In this document: positions 61,830 through 64,000 of the stretch, one piece after another | Layout of the letters: every line of letters begins with the position of its first letter | Numbering within the stretch: the stretch's first letter is position 1 | Assembly: GCF_018977255.1 (NCBI RefSeq) | Contig: NW_024704743.1 | Span: forward strand, 106,828,001 to 106,892,000 | Direction of reading: 5' to 3' | Length of the DNA stretch: 64,000 bases | Source of the DNA: Callorhinchus milii | Taxonomy: Eukaryota | Program-made: the position numbers and the translations under genes | The notes under the pieces: generated by a model | Database searches by the model: none | The model's input: only the letters and a program-made list of their open reading frames with translations | What the model was told of the DNA's origin: nothing

Positions 61830-62155
61830 CCAGAGTGTGGGAGCAGTGATGCTGAATGCCCGACCGCCAAACCTGGGGCGGGAAGTGCGAGGGACCTGAA
61901 GCAGGCTGGTGTCTGCCGAGCGGAGGGAACGGACAGGCTGATATGCGGTTAAGATGTTGGAGAGGTAGGGGGTAGCAAGAGTGTGGAGGGCTTTAAAGGT
62001 GAGAACAAGAGTTTTGTACTTGATTCTTTGAGGGATGTGGAGCCAGTGAAGCTGGGCAAGAACCAGAGTGATTGGTTCACAGAGCCTGGTGCGGGAAAGG
62101 ACACAAGCTGAGTTTTGAATAATCTGCAGCTTGTAGAGGGAAGAGTTGGGAAGTC
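61830..62155 (-). mobile_element. L2 ORF2 fragment lacking its normal 3' end
   Basis: Reverse complement LPNSSLYKLQIIQN...LHWL...GGRAFS. Confidence 0.82.
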
Positions 62156-62704
62156 CTAAATCTAGTTTAGGATCCGGTCTTCCAAGACCACCATAGAGGG
62201 TTCACTTGATTCCAACATTGAAGTTTACCAATGCTTCACACCGGCAAACTGCGCGGTTACCATTATTATTTACCTCCGTAAACATTGTTGCTAAGATGCT
62301 CAAACACAAGAATGTTAGACTCTAGGTCAAGTCATTGTAGTGGAATGCAAGGCATCTCATTGCACACAGAGAGACTGAATCTTTTAGGAGGCACCAGCCT
62401 CCTTTGAAAAATTGGTTAATAGGTAAAAAGGTGCTGGTACATCTCTTGGAATAGAGTTGTGGACACACCCTGCCCTTCCTTCACCTCATCAGTTAGGGAT
62501 TTATGAGTTAGACGTTTTTTATCAAGGCTTCCTTCCTTTCTCACTACTCCATTTCAAATACATCTCATGGTTCAGTGATTCTGTTTTCAAGCTGTCTTTG
62601 CACCACTTTGGTTGAAGCTGAATTGTCTGAAACTCGCTTATGTTAATGGTTAAATACTGAACAAGTGTTCTGAGTTTAAGTGCTGGTATATTTTACTTGC
62701 TGTG

Positions 62705-63602
62705 ATGCCTGTCGGACATTAAGTCCTGGATGAGGGCAAATTTCCTACAGTTGAATGTGAACAAGATTGAGATCCTCCGATTGGCTCGCGCCAGCGCCTC
62801 AGCACCTCAGGCTCTGGCAACATCAACCTCCATGGTTGCACACTACAACTCACCAAACCGTCAGGACCCGAGGTGTCTTGTTCAATCCTCAACTGTCTTT
62901 TCTGCCCCACATCTAAGCCATGATCCGCTCTGCCTTCCCTCACCTCCGTAACATCGCCCGACTCCGCCACTACCTCACCCCTCAGGCCGCTGAAACTCTT
63001 GTTCCTGCCTTCATCATCTCCAGGCTCGACAATGCGAATGCCCTGCTTGTCAGCCTTCCCAACTCCTCCCTCCACAGGCTGCAGATAATCCAGAACTCTG
63101 CAGCCCGTGTCCTCTCCTGCACCAAACTCCGTGACCCCATCTCCCCCACTCTCGCCCGACTCCATTGGCTCCCTATCCTTCAGAGGATCCAGTTCAAGAT
63201 CCTGGTCCTCACATACAAAGCCCTCCATGGCCTCGCCCCACCCTACCTCTGCGACCTCCTAACCCCTACCAACCCGCCCGTTCCCTCCGCTCAGCCGGCT
63301 CCGGCCTGCTCCACGTCCCCCGACCCACCCGCCCCACCATTGGCGGGAGAGCCTTCAGCCACTCTGCCCCCAACTCTGGAATTCCATCCCCCACTCACTC
63401 CGCCTTTGCCCCCTCCTTAGCCTCCTTCAAGTCCCTCCTCAAGACCCTCCTCTTCGACCATGCCATCGGCCACCCCCTTCCCCTCCCCTCCCTTACCCCC
63501 CCAAACCCAGCTCGGGTCTGAAATGCTGTACTCTGTCCAGCGCCTTGGGACATCCTCCCGACATGAAAGGTGCTATACAAATATAATCTTGTTGTTGTTG
63601 TT
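62705..63602 (+). mobile_element. L2 LINE 3' portion, frameshifted
   Basis: ORFs 62730, 62920 and 63165 jointly give the L2 C-terminus; terminal hairpin and (TTG)n. Confidence 0.95.
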
Positions 63603-64000
63603 AACTTGTTGCTGTTACAAAACGTCTATTTTGTTTTTATTTAAAGTTTCATATGAATGCTGAAGTTTTATCGAGAAGTAATTTGTGGTTGATTAACTCA
63701 AAATGGCACACCCAGTATAGAGAATAATGGATTACAACAACAACAACTTGGATTTATATAATAGTTGCCCTTTGTATCCAAAGATTGCCATTCACAAAAT
63801 GTGAATAACTGGGTGCGTGAATCTGTTTATAGTTTAAAAGCTGCTGCCTGCACTAACCACTACACTCTTCCAAGTATTTATATATAGAGCTCTTCACATA
63901 GGATAACGTTTCAGAGCGTTTTACAAAGATGGGGTCAGAAGTTGAGCGTCCGGGGGGAAAGAGATAACAAAAGGCACAATCAATGAGGTCGGTTTTAAAG

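Overview
This is AT-rich, CpG-depleted vertebrate DNA, intronic or intergenic, and I can identify no host protein-coding exon in it. A large part of the window is non-LTR retrotransposon debris: many L2-clade LINE pieces (ORF2 3' part plus (TTG)n tail), one ~2.4 kb frameshifted CR1 ORF2 (endonuclease + RT) with several CR1 3' fragments, and at least three tRNA-headed SINE groups. These are an old DeuSINE/SacSINE1-like family, a CORE-like long form with its young internally deleted derivative, and a third ancient family. The repeat spectrum suggests a cartilaginous fish, most plausibly a holocephalan such as Callorhinchus (inference). Nearly all long ORFs in the track are LINE remnants or their antisense/alternative frames. 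I found no convincing new multi-gene system. The most interesting signals are retroelement biology: a SINE/L2 3' stem-loop with a compensatory base pair and apparent tail replacement, anticodon switching among SINE heads, a decayed hammerhead ribozyme core in a Penelope-like terminal fragment, SINE-tail-plus-flank duplications, and several readable nested insertions. Boundaries were read by eye, and family names come from recalled consensus similarity, not from a database search.
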